From the IMG/VR virus record IMGVR_UViG_3300026085_000093, positions 1-64,000 of that record: a stretch of 64,000 nt of DNA, one strand, 5' to 3'. The stretch's first letter is position 1. Each line of letters begins with the position of its first letter. This DNA is from a virus. Its lineage: Duplodnaviria; Caudoviricetes. Positions 10,343 to 20,323 of this stretch are shown here, piece after piece. The notes beneath the pieces are model-generated. The model did no database searches. It saw only the letters and a program-made list of their open reading frames with translations, and was not told where the DNA came from. A program made the position numbers and the translations under genes.

Positions 10343-10525
10343 ATGAAAGTAACAATGTTTGATCCTCCTAGCGGTTGGCGCTATGGCTTTCCTAAACCTA
10401 TTCCAAAAAAGTGTATAGGCAATGATATGGAATTTAGAAAATACTTGACAGAAAATGGTTATCCAGATAGTATGTTAGATATAGCAAGTAAGTATAGTCG
10501 CTATTGGGAACAGGAAGAAGAATGA
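10343..10525 (+). CDS. Small hypothetical protein
   Basis: 60 aa starting MFDPPSGWRYGFPK; tightly packed. Confidence 0.55.
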   Translation: MKVTMFDPPSGWRYGFPKPIPKKCIGNDMEFRKYLTENGYPDSMLDIASKYSRYWEQEEE

Positions 10526-11436
10526 AAGAACTATGGGTAGAAAAATGGCGTCCAAAAACAGTGGACGGTTATGTATTTAGAGATGACGCACAAAGAAATC
10601 AAGTTAAAACATGGATCAAAGATAAAACTATTCCGCATTTGCTTTTTAGTGGCAATGCTGGGATTGGTAAAACTACTCTTGCTAAACTACTTTTTAATGA
10701 GCTTGATCTAAATCCGTTAGATATATTAGAAATCAATGCAAGTCGCACAAACTCAGTTGATGACGTGCGAGACAAGATTGTTGCATTTGTGCAAATGATT
10801 CCATTTGGAGATTTTAAAGTTGTATTACTTGATGAGGCAGACTATCTGTCACCTAATGCGCAAGCCGCACTACGTGGTGTTATGGAAGAATATCATACTA
10901 CTGCTAGGTTCATACTTACTTGTAACTATCCTAACCGTATCATTCCGGCTATTCACAGCAGGTGCCAAGGTTTCCATATTGCCAAGATCGACCAAACTGA
11001 ATTTACTGCTAGGGTCGCTGAAATTCTCATCACTGAAGGTATCACTCCAGATTTGGATACACTCGACACTTATGTCAAAGCAACATATCCAGACTTGCGC
11101 AAGTGTATCAACATGGTGCAAATGAATTCAGTTGAAGGCAAACTTGTTTCGCCAACAGAAGGTGACTCAGGTGAAGCAGACTGGAAACTTGATATGGTAG
11201 AACTGTTTAAAGCAGGCAAAATCCAAGATGCACGTAAATTACTATGTGGCACTGTACGTGCAGAAGAAATGGAAGAAATATATCGTTGGCTCTATGACAA
11301 CATAGAGTTGTTCGGAGATGAGGAACAACAAGACAAAGCAGTGCTAATTATTAAACAAGGTTTAGTAGATCATACATTGGTTGTAGATCCAGAAATAAAT
11401 CTTGCAGCAACATTAATCAGATTAGGATCATTATGA
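10522..11436 (+). CDS. Clamp loader ATPase subunit (RFC/gp44-like)
   Basis: WVEKWRP, Walker A GNAGIGKT, Walker B LLDEAD and the SRC motif. Confidence 0.93.
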   Translation: MKELWVEKWRPKTVDGYVFRDDAQRNQVKTWIKDKTIPHLLFSGNAGIGKTTLAKLLFNELDLNPLDILEINASRTNSVDDVRDKIVAFVQMIPFGDFKVVLLDEADYLSPNAQAALRGVMEEYHTTARFILTCNYPNRIIPAIHSRCQGFHIAKIDQTEFTARVAEILITEGITPDLDTLDTYVKATYPDLRKCINMVQMNSVEGKLVSPTEGDSGEADWKLDMVELFKAGKIQDARKLLCGTVRAEEMEEIYRWLYDNIELFGDEEQQDKAVLIIKQGLVDHTLVVDPEINLAATLIRLGSL

Positions 11437-11774
11437 CTTATATTGTAAATGACGCCTGTATTAGGTGTAAGCACATGGATTGCGTAGAAGTGTGTCCTGT
11501 GGATTGTTTTTATGAAGGTGAGAACATGTTAGTTATTCACCCTGATGAATGTATTGATTGTGGTGTATGTGAACCTGAATGTCCTGCAGATGCTATTTTA
11601 CCTGACACAGTAGAAGGCACAGAACAATGGGTAGACTTCAATAGAAAATGGAGTGCGGTATGGCCAAACATTACTGAAATGCGTCCAGAAGATGTACCTG
11701 CAGATGCAGAACAATGGGAAGGTGTTGAAGGCAAAATGCAATATTTTAGTGAGGAGCCGGGTCGTGGAGACTAA
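11433..11774 (+). CDS. fdxA: 7Fe ferredoxin (FdxA family)
   Basis: [13 protein letters not shown]...[17 protein letters not shown]. Confidence 0.92.
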   Translation: MTYIVNDACIRCKHMDCVEVCPVDCFYEGENMLVIHPDECIDCGVCEPECPADAILPDTVEGTEQWVDFNRKWSAVWPNITEMRPEDVPADAEQWEGVEGKMQYFSEEPGRGD

Positions 11775-11949
11775 AAATAAAAAATTAGTAAATGATATTG
11801 TACGTATTAGCGTATTAGAAGAAGAAATAGAGTATTACAAAACACTATTGCAACCACATGACACAGGGCATATTAATACAACAATTAGTTTCCTAAGTCA
11901 AAGACTATCTAACATCAAAGGAGAATTAGCGGGATGGCCGTTCGATTAG
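11764..11949 (+). CDS. Small hypothetical coiled-coil protein
   Basis: GTG start after a GAGGAG RBS; it is the 3' part of the 11653 ORF call. Confidence 0.5.
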   Translation: METKNKKLVNDIVRISVLEEEIEYYKTLLQPHDTGHINTTISFLSQRLSNIKGELAGWPFD

Positions 11950-12629
11950 TAAGTTACACAAAACCAACACCAGAATTTGTAGAAGAAGGCATTAACGATA
12001 ATGATCTACTAGATCTTGTTGCGTTTTGTGCAAGGGTAAGTAATCCTGCAAATCAAATTAATTCAGAAACAAGTGAAAAACTTGTAAAGTATTTGATTAA
12101 ACACGCACACTGGAGCCCATTGGAAATGGTAAATGTGTGTATGGAAATTGATACAACACGTGACATTGCACACCAAATTGTACGTCATAGAAGTTTTGCA
12201 TTCCAAGAGTTTTCGCAGCGTTATGCAGAGCCGGGCGAAATGGGAGAGATTTTTATTACAAGCGAAGCACGTTTACAAGATCATAAAAATAGACAAAACT
12301 CTATTGAAATTGATCTAGGACAAGAAGGTGCTGCTGAACTTGTTACTAAATGGGAAGAATTACAACAAGATGTATGCTTTACAGCAGGCAAAGCGTATGA
12401 CTGGGCTATTAAAAATGGTATTGCAAAAGAAGTTGCACGTAAAGTATTGCCAGAAGGTTTAACAAAAACAAGGCTGTATATGAATGGTACTCTACGCAGT
12501 TGGGTGCATTACATTGAACTTAGAGGTGCTAATGGTACACAAAAAGAACACATGGAAATTGCACATGAATGTGCAAAAGTTATTGCAGAAATATTTCCCC
12601 TGGGAATAACATATGCAGACAAAAGTTAA
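11934..12629 (+). CDS. thyX: Flavin-dependent thymidylate synthase
   Basis: RHRSFAFQEFSQRY ThyX motif, HWSPLE and EVARKVLP. Confidence 0.95.
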   Translation: MAVRLVSYTKPTPEFVEEGINDNDLLDLVAFCARVSNPANQINSETSEKLVKYLIKHAHWSPLEMVNVCMEIDTTRDIAHQIVRHRSFAFQEFSQRYAEPGEMGEIFITSEARLQDHKNRQNSIEIDLGQEGAAELVTKWEELQQDVCFTAGKAYDWAIKNGIAKEVARKVLPEGLTKTRLYMNGTLRSWVHYIELRGANGTQKEHMEIAHECAKVIAEIFPLGITYADKS

Positions 12630-13476
12630 ATTATTTGAAGAAAAACCTAAAAGACTATTTGTGTTTGGTTGTAGTTTTACTGAATACACATGGATGACTT
12701 GGGCAAATATACTTGCTTTAGATTTAGATATTCCTTTTTTTAATTATGCTGTCTCAGGTGCTGGTAACAGATTTATTGCAACACGCTTAGTTCACGCCGA
12801 CGCATTTCATAAATTTACAAAAAATGACTTGGTAATAGTTTGTTGGACAAATATTGCTCGAATAGATAGATATATTTCAGCAGAAGAAAGATGGGTTTTA
12901 CAGGGTAATATCTATAATAATGTAAATTATAAATTAAAAGAACTTAAGAAAATAGATCAAACAGATTTATTTTTGAGAGATATGGCGTACATAAGATTGT
13001 CCCATGAAATGCTGAAATCAAAAACAAATGCTCATTTTTTACAAATGTTAGACATTTCAAAGTGGTTTGATCAACAACACGAAAGCATATTTCCAGGCGA
13101 GTCTCAAATACTTAGTATTGATAATGATATTTTAAATTTATATCAAGATACATTACAAGAAATGCAAAAAAGTTTTTATGATGTATTGTGGAATGATACT
13201 TTAACATTTAAATTAAATTGGAATAGAAAAACAATACATAAACTATTTTGGGACTCACATCCGTTGCCGGGAGAACACTACAAATATTTGACTCAAACTT
13301 TCGATCACAAAATGAAAGATAAAACAGTAGATCGTGTAAAAAATATACATGAAAAAACCATAGAATACATAAAAAAATATATAGAGCAAGATCCAGCAGC
13401 ACTTCAAGATAGACTTTGTAATCACCAACGTGAAATTATTGGACCAAGAGGAACAAGCATGGAAGAGGTTGTATAA
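12613..13476 (+). CDS. SGNH/GDSL-like protein
   Basis: FGCSFT, NYAVSGAGN and DSHP. Confidence 0.55.
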   Translation: MQTKVKLFEEKPKRLFVFGCSFTEYTWMTWANILALDLDIPFFNYAVSGAGNRFIATRLVHADAFHKFTKNDLVIVCWTNIARIDRYISAEERWVLQGNIYNNVNYKLKELKKIDQTDLFLRDMAYIRLSHEMLKSKTNAHFLQMLDISKWFDQQHESIFPGESQILSIDNDILNLYQDTLQEMQKSFYDVLWNDTLTFKLNWNRKTIHKLFWDSHPLPGEHYKYLTQTFDHKMKDKTVDRVKNIHEKTIEYIKKYIEQDPAALQDRLCNHQREIIGPRGTSMEEVV

Positions 13477-13748
13477 TGCCAGCAACACTTGAAGTTGACA
13501 TTGAATGGAATGAACACTACGCACTGTGGCCCGTGCGTAGCAGTTGGAGTAAAAATCGTATTTGGTTAAAAAAATACTGGCAGGGCGATATCTATTACGA
13601 TGCAATGGGTCGCCCGCCTATAAAGGAAAAATCTTGGAAGCTCATTTATACAGAAAATGAGTATCTAATGTACTTGTTAAAACAAGATGAAAACAAGTAC
13701 CAGCACCCCTTAGGGGCACCTGTATTTAAAAGTGTAAGGGCTAAATAG
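13476..13748 (+). CDS. Hypothetical Trp-rich protein
   Basis: 90-aa ORF coupled by a TAATG overlap. Confidence 0.55.
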   Translation: MPATLEVDIEWNEHYALWPVRSSWSKNRIWLKKYWQGDIYYDAMGRPPIKEKSWKLIYTENEYLMYLLKQDENKYQHPLGAPVFKSVRAK

Positions 13749-13762
13749 CCCTTACTGAATGT

Positions 13763-14485
13763 TTAAACTTCGCCGTAGACTTGTAAAACTTCTTTTACTG
13801 CCTGATGCCGTTCGATGTCCTTGCTGACAAAATTTACAATATCTATCCTATGACTATTATGTTTGGATAGTAATTTAGTAAATTCAATTAATCCATTTTC
13901 TTTTAACCTATCTGCTTGATTAAGATCTCCAGTTACCACCATTTTGCTGCCTGTTCCAATTCTAGTAAGCAGCATTTTCATCTGGTTTGGGGTTGCGTTT
14001 TGCATTTCATCAGCAATAATAAAACTGTCTTTAAAAGTTCTACCACGCATATATGCTAGTGGAGAAATTTCAATAACACCTTCTGCAATCATGCCTTCAA
14101 TCTCGTTAGCATAAAAGTAGTCTCTGAATACATCAAAAATAGGTCTTGTCCAAGGTGCCATTTTTTGTTCTAATGTACCTGGTAAGAATCCGATATCTTC
14201 ATCTGCACTCACTGCTGGACGAGTAACAATAATCTTTTCTACTTCCCCTTCAAGAAATGCTTTTACTGCTACTTGACAAGCAAGCATGGTTTTACCAGTA
14301 CCAGCAGGTCCAATACCAAATACAATACTCTTGTCAGAGTCTAGTAGTTTGATAATGTAGTTTTCTTGGTTATAATTTCTTGGTAGAATATTTACTGTTT
14401 TATGTTTTTTTGGAAGGAATGAATTAAGTTTCACAATGTTATTGCTGTTTGAAATGTTGTGCCGTTTGGCCCTTTTTGCACCCAT
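13763..14485 (-). CDS. phoH: PhoH-family ATPase
   Basis: GPAGTGKT, LAYMRGRTF, DEMQN and GDLNQAD motifs; AAGGAGG RBS before the ATG at 14485; minus-strand TAAATA at 14546-14551. Confidence 0.93.
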   Translation of the reverse strand: MGAKRAKRHNISNSNNIVKLNSFLPKKHKTVNILPRNYNQENYIIKLLDSDKSIVFGIGPAGTGKTMLACQVAVKAFLEGEVEKIIVTRPAVSADEDIGFLPGTLEQKMAPWTRPIFDVFRDYFYANEIEGMIAEGVIEISPLAYMRGRTFKDSFIIADEMQNATPNQMKMLLTRIGTGSKMVVTGDLNQADRLKENGLIEFTKLLSKHNSHRIDIVNFVSKDIERHQAVKEVLQVYGEV

Positions 14486-14606
14486 GTAGTCCTCCTTGTA
14501 TGGATAATGGGAATGTTCCAACGCAGGAAGCATTCCCTGCAACAGTATTTAACCTTTTGACAACCGAAATCGACTAAATACTATTAACAAAAAAGGACTT
14601 TTTTTA

Positions 14607-15158
14607 ATGGCCAGTATCCTAGACGAAATTGATGTAATAAAAAACATTGAAAACATGTACGAAAGTAACACAGCATTCAATGTGCTAAAAGACTTTGAGC
14701 GTATTATAGACGAACTAGATCTATATGTTTACAAAAATTGGAGCGACGGTGAACTTGCGGAAGGACCTAATATTGACAGACATTGGGTAACTGCAAAGTT
14801 TATGTGGCCAAGAGAAACAATGCCAGATCCAATGGGTGCAAAGAGACTTCTTGATTATGATTGCAAAGTTAACTACCAAAAAATGTCTTTGCTAAAACCA
14901 CGCAAAGTTACAAAGAAAGAAGATTTACGTCCTGGCACAAAATTTGGTAAATTAGATAGACATCCTATTTGGGTTGTAGAGATTGCAGTACCTAAAAAAA
15001 TGTTAATGGATTTTTATGCTGCAAGTGCTGCAAATTTAGAAGCAGAAGCGCAACCAAATGATCAATTACAGCAACAACAAGTTCAAGCACAACAAAATCA
15101 AACACAAGCACAACAAGCCGCCGGGGCAGAAGAAGCAGCATTGGATACAGAAGTATGA
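14607..15158 (+). CDS. Hypothetical protein with a Gln-rich low-complexity C-terminus
   Basis: Late promoter TAAATA at 14575-14580; QQQQVQAQQNQTQAQQ tract. Confidence 0.6.
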   Translation: MASILDEIDVIKNIENMYESNTAFNVLKDFERIIDELDLYVYKNWSDGELAEGPNIDRHWVTAKFMWPRETMPDPMGAKRLLDYDCKVNYQKMSLLKPRKVTKKEDLRPGTKFGKLDRHPIWVVEIAVPKKMLMDFYAASAANLEAEAQPNDQLQQQQVQAQQNQTQAQQAAGAEEAALDTEV

Positions 15159-15871
15159 CATTACAAGCAAATGATTTAAAAGATATGATTTATCCAGTAT
15201 TTGAAGTAGATGCTTACAAAAGTAAAATGGGCAGCGATTCAGAAATTGTTGTGGTTAGTTTTTCAGTAAATGAAAAAGCAATCGGTGAAGACTTAGTTAA
15301 TTTTATTGAAAAAGGTTACGGCTTTGTATTAGATGCAGATGTTACAGCAGGCGAGCAAAGCGACGGAATGTACAGAGTATATGTAGAGATGGAAAGAAAC
15401 TCAGATGTACCTGAACAGATTGTTGAAATGCTAGATGGTGTAGGCAAACTAACAGGAACAAATTTTAGATATAGATATTACAAATCATTTCAAAGCGAGC
15501 CTGCAACACTAGAAAGTTTGGCAGCAACTATTCCAGCAGATAATGAAGCATACGAAGCAACTGTAAATGAAGCAAACATGAATAATTTTAAAAACTTTTT
15601 TAACAAAAGTTATTTAGAAGAATGTGACTTAGATGAATACGAAGATCTAATTCTCAAAAAAGCATATGCAGATCCGATAGGATTTGCTATCAAAGACTTT
15701 GGTCCAAGTCAGCAAGTACAAGAAAGTATTAACGAAAAAGTAAATATGAATGATTATGCAGAAATTTTGTTTTTAACAAAATATATTGGTGATTATAATA
15801 TTATGAAATATGGATCTAAAACTTTAACTTTTGAAAACGAGGGACATACATTAGTAGTAGAAAGATTATAA
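15155..15871 (+). CDS. Hypothetical protein
   Basis: 238-aa ORF with an ATGA overlap. Confidence 0.6.
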   Translation: MTLQANDLKDMIYPVFEVDAYKSKMGSDSEIVVVSFSVNEKAIGEDLVNFIEKGYGFVLDADVTAGEQSDGMYRVYVEMERNSDVPEQIVEMLDGVGKLTGTNFRYRYYKSFQSEPATLESLAATIPADNEAYEATVNEANMNNFKNFFNKSYLEECDLDEYEDLILKKAYADPIGFAIKDFGPSQQVQESINEKVNMNDYAEILFLTKYIGDYNIMKYGSKTLTFENEGHTLVVERL

Positions 15872-16017
15872 TGACCTATTGTCAAAATTGCGGACATACT
15901 GCACATTGTAACACTCCCCTCTATCGTGATGAAAGAGATTACGATAATAGAATTTACGCTATAAAAGTCTGTGATTGTTGTCGCTGCAATGATTGCCAGC
16001 CAAAAAAGGAAAAGTAA
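15871..16017 (+). CDS. 48-aa Cys/His-rich protein (not in the ORF track)
   Basis: MTYCQNCGHTAHCNTP...VCDCCRCNDCQPKKEK; start and stop both overlap neighbours (TAATG). Confidence 0.65.
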   Translation: MTYCQNCGHTAHCNTPLYRDERDYDNRIYAIKVCDCCRCNDCQPKKEK

Positions 16018-16874
16018 TGGGCGCTGAAAATTTTAAATTTGATTTTGAACCGTGGATGGCAGAAGAACTGATCCATCGCGATGACTGGGAAGAATGGTAC
16101 GAAGCAATGTGTGAAATTCTTCCTTTATGGGAAGTAGACACTATTGAACGTGTAGCAATGTTTGTTGCTCAGTGCGGTCATGAATCAGGTGGTTTTAGAG
16201 TACTAAGTGAAAATCTTAATTATAGTGCTCAAGCATTAAACACTATTTTCCCTAAGTATTTCAAACGTGCAGGAAGGGATGCAAATGAGTACCATAGACA
16301 ACCTGAAAAAATTGCTAACGTCATTTATGCAAATCGTATGGACAACGGAGATGCAGAAAGCGGTGATGGTTGGCGTTTCCGCGGAGGCGGCATACTTCAG
16401 CTTACTGGCAGATACAACTATACCAAATTCGGCAAAGAAGTAGATATGTCCCCAGAAGAAGCAGTAGAGTATGTGCGTACCAAAAAAGGTGCGTTAGATA
16501 GTGCTTGCTGGTTCTGGGATACCAATAACATTAACAAATACTGCGACGAAATGGATGTAGTAGGTGCTACTAAACGCATCAACGGCGGTACAATTGGTTT
16601 AGACGATCGCAAGAAGCATTATCTACATGCTATGGATGTGTTAGGCGGCGATTACGAAGAGCCGGAAGAAAAAGAACTTAATTTAAATCAAACTATACGT
16701 AAAGGAAGTAAAGGACCTTTAGTTGCAGAAGTACAAGAAAAACTTAATATTTCTCCAGCAGACGGTATCTTTGGTCCAGGCACAGAACGCATTGTTAAAG
16801 AATGGCAAAGTGCGAACGGACTTGCAGCCGATGGAGTAGTAGGACCCAAAACATTGGGAAAATTACTAGGGTAG
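16017..16874 (+). CDS. Endolysin: GH19 domain plus C-terminal peptidoglycan-binding domain
   Basis: AQCGHESGGF, FRGGGILQLTGRYNY and TKRINGG; C-terminal DGIFGPGT/DGVVGPKT repeats. Confidence 0.9.
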   Translation: MGAENFKFDFEPWMAEELIHRDDWEEWYEAMCEILPLWEVDTIERVAMFVAQCGHESGGFRVLSENLNYSAQALNTIFPKYFKRAGRDANEYHRQPEKIANVIYANRMDNGDAESGDGWRFRGGGILQLTGRYNYTKFGKEVDMSPEEAVEYVRTKKGALDSACWFWDTNNINKYCDEMDVVGATKRINGGTIGLDDRKKHYLHAMDVLGGDYEEPEEKELNLNQTIRKGSKGPLVAEVQEKLNISPADGIFGPGTERIVKEWQSANGLAADGVVGPKTLGKLLG

Positions 16875-16879
16875 GTGGT

Positions 16880-17368
16880 ATGGGTGCTAAGTTAGCATTG
16901 GTAATGTTTTTGCTACTGTGCGGTGCAGGAGGTATAGGTTATTGGTACTATAACGATACACAAGAACGTATGGCAATTTTACAAGAAAACAATGCTAAAC
17001 TTAACACCGCAGTTGAATTAAATGAACAAACTATAAGTTCGCTAGAGCAGGATTATGAAAAAGCATCTAGCGAACTTGCAAGTTTAAACGAAGCATACAC
17101 TGCTATACGCAGACAAAATCAACAATTAGCAGACAAACTTCAAGAAATAGATCTAACAGCAGCAGCAATCGCAAATGCTGAAGGCATTGAACGTGCAGTA
17201 AACAGAGGTACAGAAAATGCTGGTAGATGTTTTGAACTTCTATCGGGGGCAGAATTAACAGAAAAAGAAAGGACAGCAAAAAATGGTATCGCTTTTAACA
17301 AAGAGTGTCCTTGGCTTTACGATACTTATAAGTCTCGCGGCCTGCTCGACCCAGCCCCAACAGATTGA
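16880..17368 (+). CDS. Inner-membrane spanin (Rz-like)
   Basis: Single N-terminal TM helix then a long coiled coil; follows the endolysin. Confidence 0.7.
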   Translation: MGAKLALVMFLLLCGAGGIGYWYYNDTQERMAILQENNAKLNTAVELNEQTISSLEQDYEKASSELASLNEAYTAIRRQNQQLADKLQEIDLTAAAIANAEGIERAVNRGTENAGRCFELLSGAELTEKERTAKNGIAFNKECPWLYDTYKSRGLLDPAPTD

Positions 17369-17675
17369 AATTAGCACAAAGCCTGTTGAAAAACCAACAC
17401 TGCAATTACCTCCAGTCGACGAACTTAACATGAAAAAAGTTGAATGGATTGTTATTAACGAAGCAAACGTAGATCAAGTTATTGCTAAACTACAAACTGA
17501 AGGTAAAGCATTTGCATTATACGCACTCACAGGTGATGGTTATGGTAATTTGAGTTTGAACTTCTCTGACATTAGAGCATTGGTTCAACAGCAGCAAGCA
17601 ATCATAGCAGCATATGAAGGCTACTACAAGGAGGCAGAACAAGCACTTGATAAAGCAGTCATTGTGGACAATTAG
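17283..17675 (+). CDS. Outer-membrane spanin lipoprotein (Rz1-like)
   Basis: Signal peptide with LAAC lipobox and Pro-rich start; overlaps the 3' end of the i-spanin gene. Confidence 0.7.
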   Translation: MVSLLTKSVLGFTILISLAACSTQPQQIEISTKPVEKPTLQLPPVDELNMKKVEWIVINEANVDQVIAKLQTEGKAFALYALTGDGYGNLSLNFSDIRALVQQQQAIIAAYEGYYKEAEQALDKAVIVDN

Positions 17676-18180
17676 TTTTTTTATAACCCTAGTAGGATGT
17701 AACGCATCACAACTTCCAGATCCAGTAAGCACAGCCCATGATTATATTGGGCTTAATGAATATCAGAATAGAAAACAAATACGAGAGTTTGTAGGAGTTG
17801 ATCCTGTAAACACAGAATGGTGTGCGGCATTTGTTAATGCTGTGCTCGAACTAGACGGTATACCAGGTAGTGAAAGTGTAAGTGATGTTCCACTTATGGC
17901 ACGTAGTTTTCTCAAATGGGGTGAACCCGTTGAGCCAGAAGATATTCAACGTGGAGACATTGTGGTATTTCCAAGGGGCGATGGCGGTTGGTTAGGACAC
18001 GTTGGATTTTTTATAGCAGAAGAAGACGGGCGTTGGATAATACTTGGCGGCAATCAAAAGAACGAAGTAAGATACGACTTCTACAATCCTAAACATGCTT
18101 TAGGCATACGTAGGTATAAATATACACATATAATAGAGGGCGATATACATGTGGGAAATGATAGAAAGGATGGCCAGTGA
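17614..18180 (+). CDS. CHAP/NlpC-P60-like peptidoglycan hydrolase (TIGR02594-like), lipoprotein
   Basis: WCAAFVN Cys, GHVGFF His and LGGNQ; LVGC lipobox. Start codon uncertain. Confidence 0.75.
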   Translation: MKATTRRQNKHLIKQSLWTISFFITLVGCNASQLPDPVSTAHDYIGLNEYQNRKQIREFVGVDPVNTEWCAAFVNAVLELDGIPGSESVSDVPLMARSFLKWGEPVEPEDIQRGDIVVFPRGDGGWLGHVGFFIAEEDGRWIILGGNQKNEVRYDFYNPKHALGIRRYKYTHIIEGDIHVGNDRKDGQ

Positions 18181-18436
18181 TAGGCTGTGGATCTACACAG
18201 CATTAGCAGGCTCCGTATTTGGTGCTATATTTGTCGCATATATCAGCACCACACGAATAGGTCTATGGGGTTATGCCCAAGTAGACAGAGCGATAGATTA
18301 TCTTGTAGAACGTTGGGGACTTACATGGCTAGAACAGCCTGAAGACGCTTGGCGTAAAAAGTATCCAAAAATAACTGCGAAAATTGATAGCATTGAAAAA
18401 CGTTTAGCAGATTTGGAGGGCAAAAATGATAAGTGA
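18149..18436 (+). CDS. Small membrane protein, holin candidate
   Basis: N-terminal TM segment, charged C-terminus, located inside the lysis cassette. Confidence 0.4.
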   Translation: MWEMIERMASDRLWIYTALAGSVFGAIFVAYISTTRIGLWGYAQVDRAIDYLVERWGLTWLEQPEDAWRKKYPKITAKIDSIEKRLADLEGKNDK

Positions 18437-19175
18437 AATGAATTTTAAGGAGCGCAGTCTCCTTTTTGCACGTCTAGCAAGTATTGCATATTTAGATGAT
18501 GCAAAAAAGGAAGCCAAAAAACTAGGCTTTACAACAACAGAATTTTATAATAAAGATGGCGCACAGGCTTGGCGCTTTATGAATAAAGAAGATTTAGTCA
18601 TTGCTTGTAGAGGAACACAACCTACAGAGTTCAATGATATAAAAGCAGATCTAAAAGCAATGCCAGTAATGGCTGAAACTGTAAGCAGAGTACACAGGGG
18701 CTTTAAAGCAGAAGTTGACGAACTTTGGCCAATGATACTAGAAGATATTGATCGCAAAGCAAATGCAGACAAAAAACTTTGGTTCTGTGGACATAGTTTA
18801 GGTGCTGCTATGGCAACTATTATGGCAAGTCGTTGTCATTTGTACGAGGGAATAAATCCAGTAGAAGAACTTTACACATTTGGATCTCCAAGAGTAGGTT
18901 GGAAAGGCTACTGTAATAGTTTATGTGTAGAGCATCACAGATTTGTTAATAATAATGATATTGTAACTAGAGTTCCACTAGCAGTTATGGGTTACAAACA
19001 TCACGGTAACGAACACTATATAAACGCATACGGTAAATTCCGTCCATTAACACCTTGGCAACGTACTAAAGATCGTTGGCGTGGTATGTGGCTAGGAATT
19101 AAACAAGGTAAAATTGATAACTTTGGCGATCATTCAATGACTGAATATATTAAACATATAGGAAACATGGATTGA
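18426..19175 (+). CDS. Class 3 lipase
   Basis: RGTQ, VHRGF, GHSLGAA nucleophile elbow, FGSPRVG and DIVTRVP. Confidence 0.88.
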   Translation: MISEMNFKERSLLFARLASIAYLDDAKKEAKKLGFTTTEFYNKDGAQAWRFMNKEDLVIACRGTQPTEFNDIKADLKAMPVMAETVSRVHRGFKAEVDELWPMILEDIDRKANADKKLWFCGHSLGAAMATIMASRCHLYEGINPVEELYTFGSPRVGWKGYCNSLCVEHHRFVNNNDIVTRVPLAVMGYKHHGNEHYINAYGKFRPLTPWQRTKDRWRGMWLGIKQGKIDNFGDHSMTEYIKHIGNMD

Positions 19176-19915
19176 AATATCTTTATACTAACGGATGTAG
19201 TTTTACATGGGGAGGCGGTATTAACCAAGACAACGGATACAAAGAATCCGATAGAGAAAAACTAGTTTGGCCTTACTACCTAGCACAATTGTTAGACAGA
19301 ACTCCAATTCAACATGCCATAGGTTGTGGTAGTAATCAAAGGATGGTAAGAACAAGTATAGACTGGTTAGTGAATACACCTCAAGTAATCTTAGATAACA
19401 CAATTGCAGTTTTACAGACTACAGAAGCATTCAGGATGGAATATTACACAGGCAAGGATGAATATGTAGAAACTCAAGTACCTTTTGAAGATGGCAGTTT
19501 TTGGACAAGAAAAGATTACACTTATACACACGATGATGAAAAATGGATTAAGTTAAACGTTTGGGGTGACGAGTATGATAAGTCATTACCTACATCATTT
19601 AAAACAATACACGAAGCTAGAACAAGGTCATTTACAGAAGTGCAAGGAATGTACGAAAGTATCAGCCTTGTTTTATCATTAGACAGAATATTTAAAAGTT
19701 TAAATGTTAAAACCTATTGGTGGATGCAGTTCGGATCTGTACCGAAACAATATCCGCTAGAATACCGAAAATTATATGAGGATATAGACATCATGCCAAG
19801 TATGTTTTATGATATAATAGGAAAACACGATCCGCACCCTAGTCCTCAAGGACATAAATGTATAGCGGAACAAATGTTTAATTACTTAAAAGGAGGGCTT
19901 AAAAATGCCACGTAA
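19172..19915 (+). CDS. SGNH/GDSL-like protein
   Basis: NGCSFTWG, GCGSNQR and DPHPS; TTG start. Confidence 0.55.
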   Translation: MKYLYTNGCSFTWGGGINQDNGYKESDREKLVWPYYLAQLLDRTPIQHAIGCGSNQRMVRTSIDWLVNTPQVILDNTIAVLQTTEAFRMEYYTGKDEYVETQVPFEDGSFWTRKDYTYTHDDEKWIKLNVWGDEYDKSLPTSFKTIHEARTRSFTEVQGMYESISLVLSLDRIFKSLNVKTYWWMQFGSVPKQYPLEYRKLYEDIDIMPSMFYDIIGKHDPHPSPQGHKCIAEQMFNYLKGGLKNAT

Positions 19916-20300
19916 AAAACCAGAAGATTTACAAGCAGCAGCACCAGCAGTAAAAGCAGAACAAATGACAGAAATGCCTACATATGATTCTACAGTAGCA
20001 GTTCCAGCAAGTTCTGAAGGGCTAACAAAGAAAGTAAAACTTGATTTGGAAGTTGATACAACTGTAAAAGATCTAGGACCAAATCCTTATGCTAAACTTA
20101 TACATTTAGCAAAAGCAGTAGATGCATGGAGAATTTTTCCAAGAGCATTCTTAACAGTTTATATCTTTTTGCTTTACAAAACAGTTTTATGGTACATGAC
20201 ACTAGATGATCCTAGCATGAACCAGTCTGCACTTATTTCCGTAATTGTAGGTGCTGGCGCAGCATGGTTTGGACTATACACCGGAACTAGCAAAAAATAG
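19905..20300 (+). CDS. Two-TM membrane protein (holin-like)
   Basis: WRIFPRAF plus two C-terminal hydrophobic helices. Confidence 0.5.
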   Translation: MPRKKPEDLQAAAPAVKAEQMTEMPTYDSTVAVPASSEGLTKKVKLDLEVDTTVKDLGPNPYAKLIHLAKAVDAWRIFPRAFLTVYIFLLYKTVLWYMTLDDPSMNQSALISVIVGAGAAWFGLYTGTSKK

Positions 20301-20323
20301 CGGAGTAGCAAATAAGTAATAGT

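Noticed and set aside
14557-14585. TTGACA in the phoH divergent gap as a sigma70 promoter
   Set aside because: No acceptable -10 element at 16-18 nt spacing; the TAAATA late motifs explain both directions.
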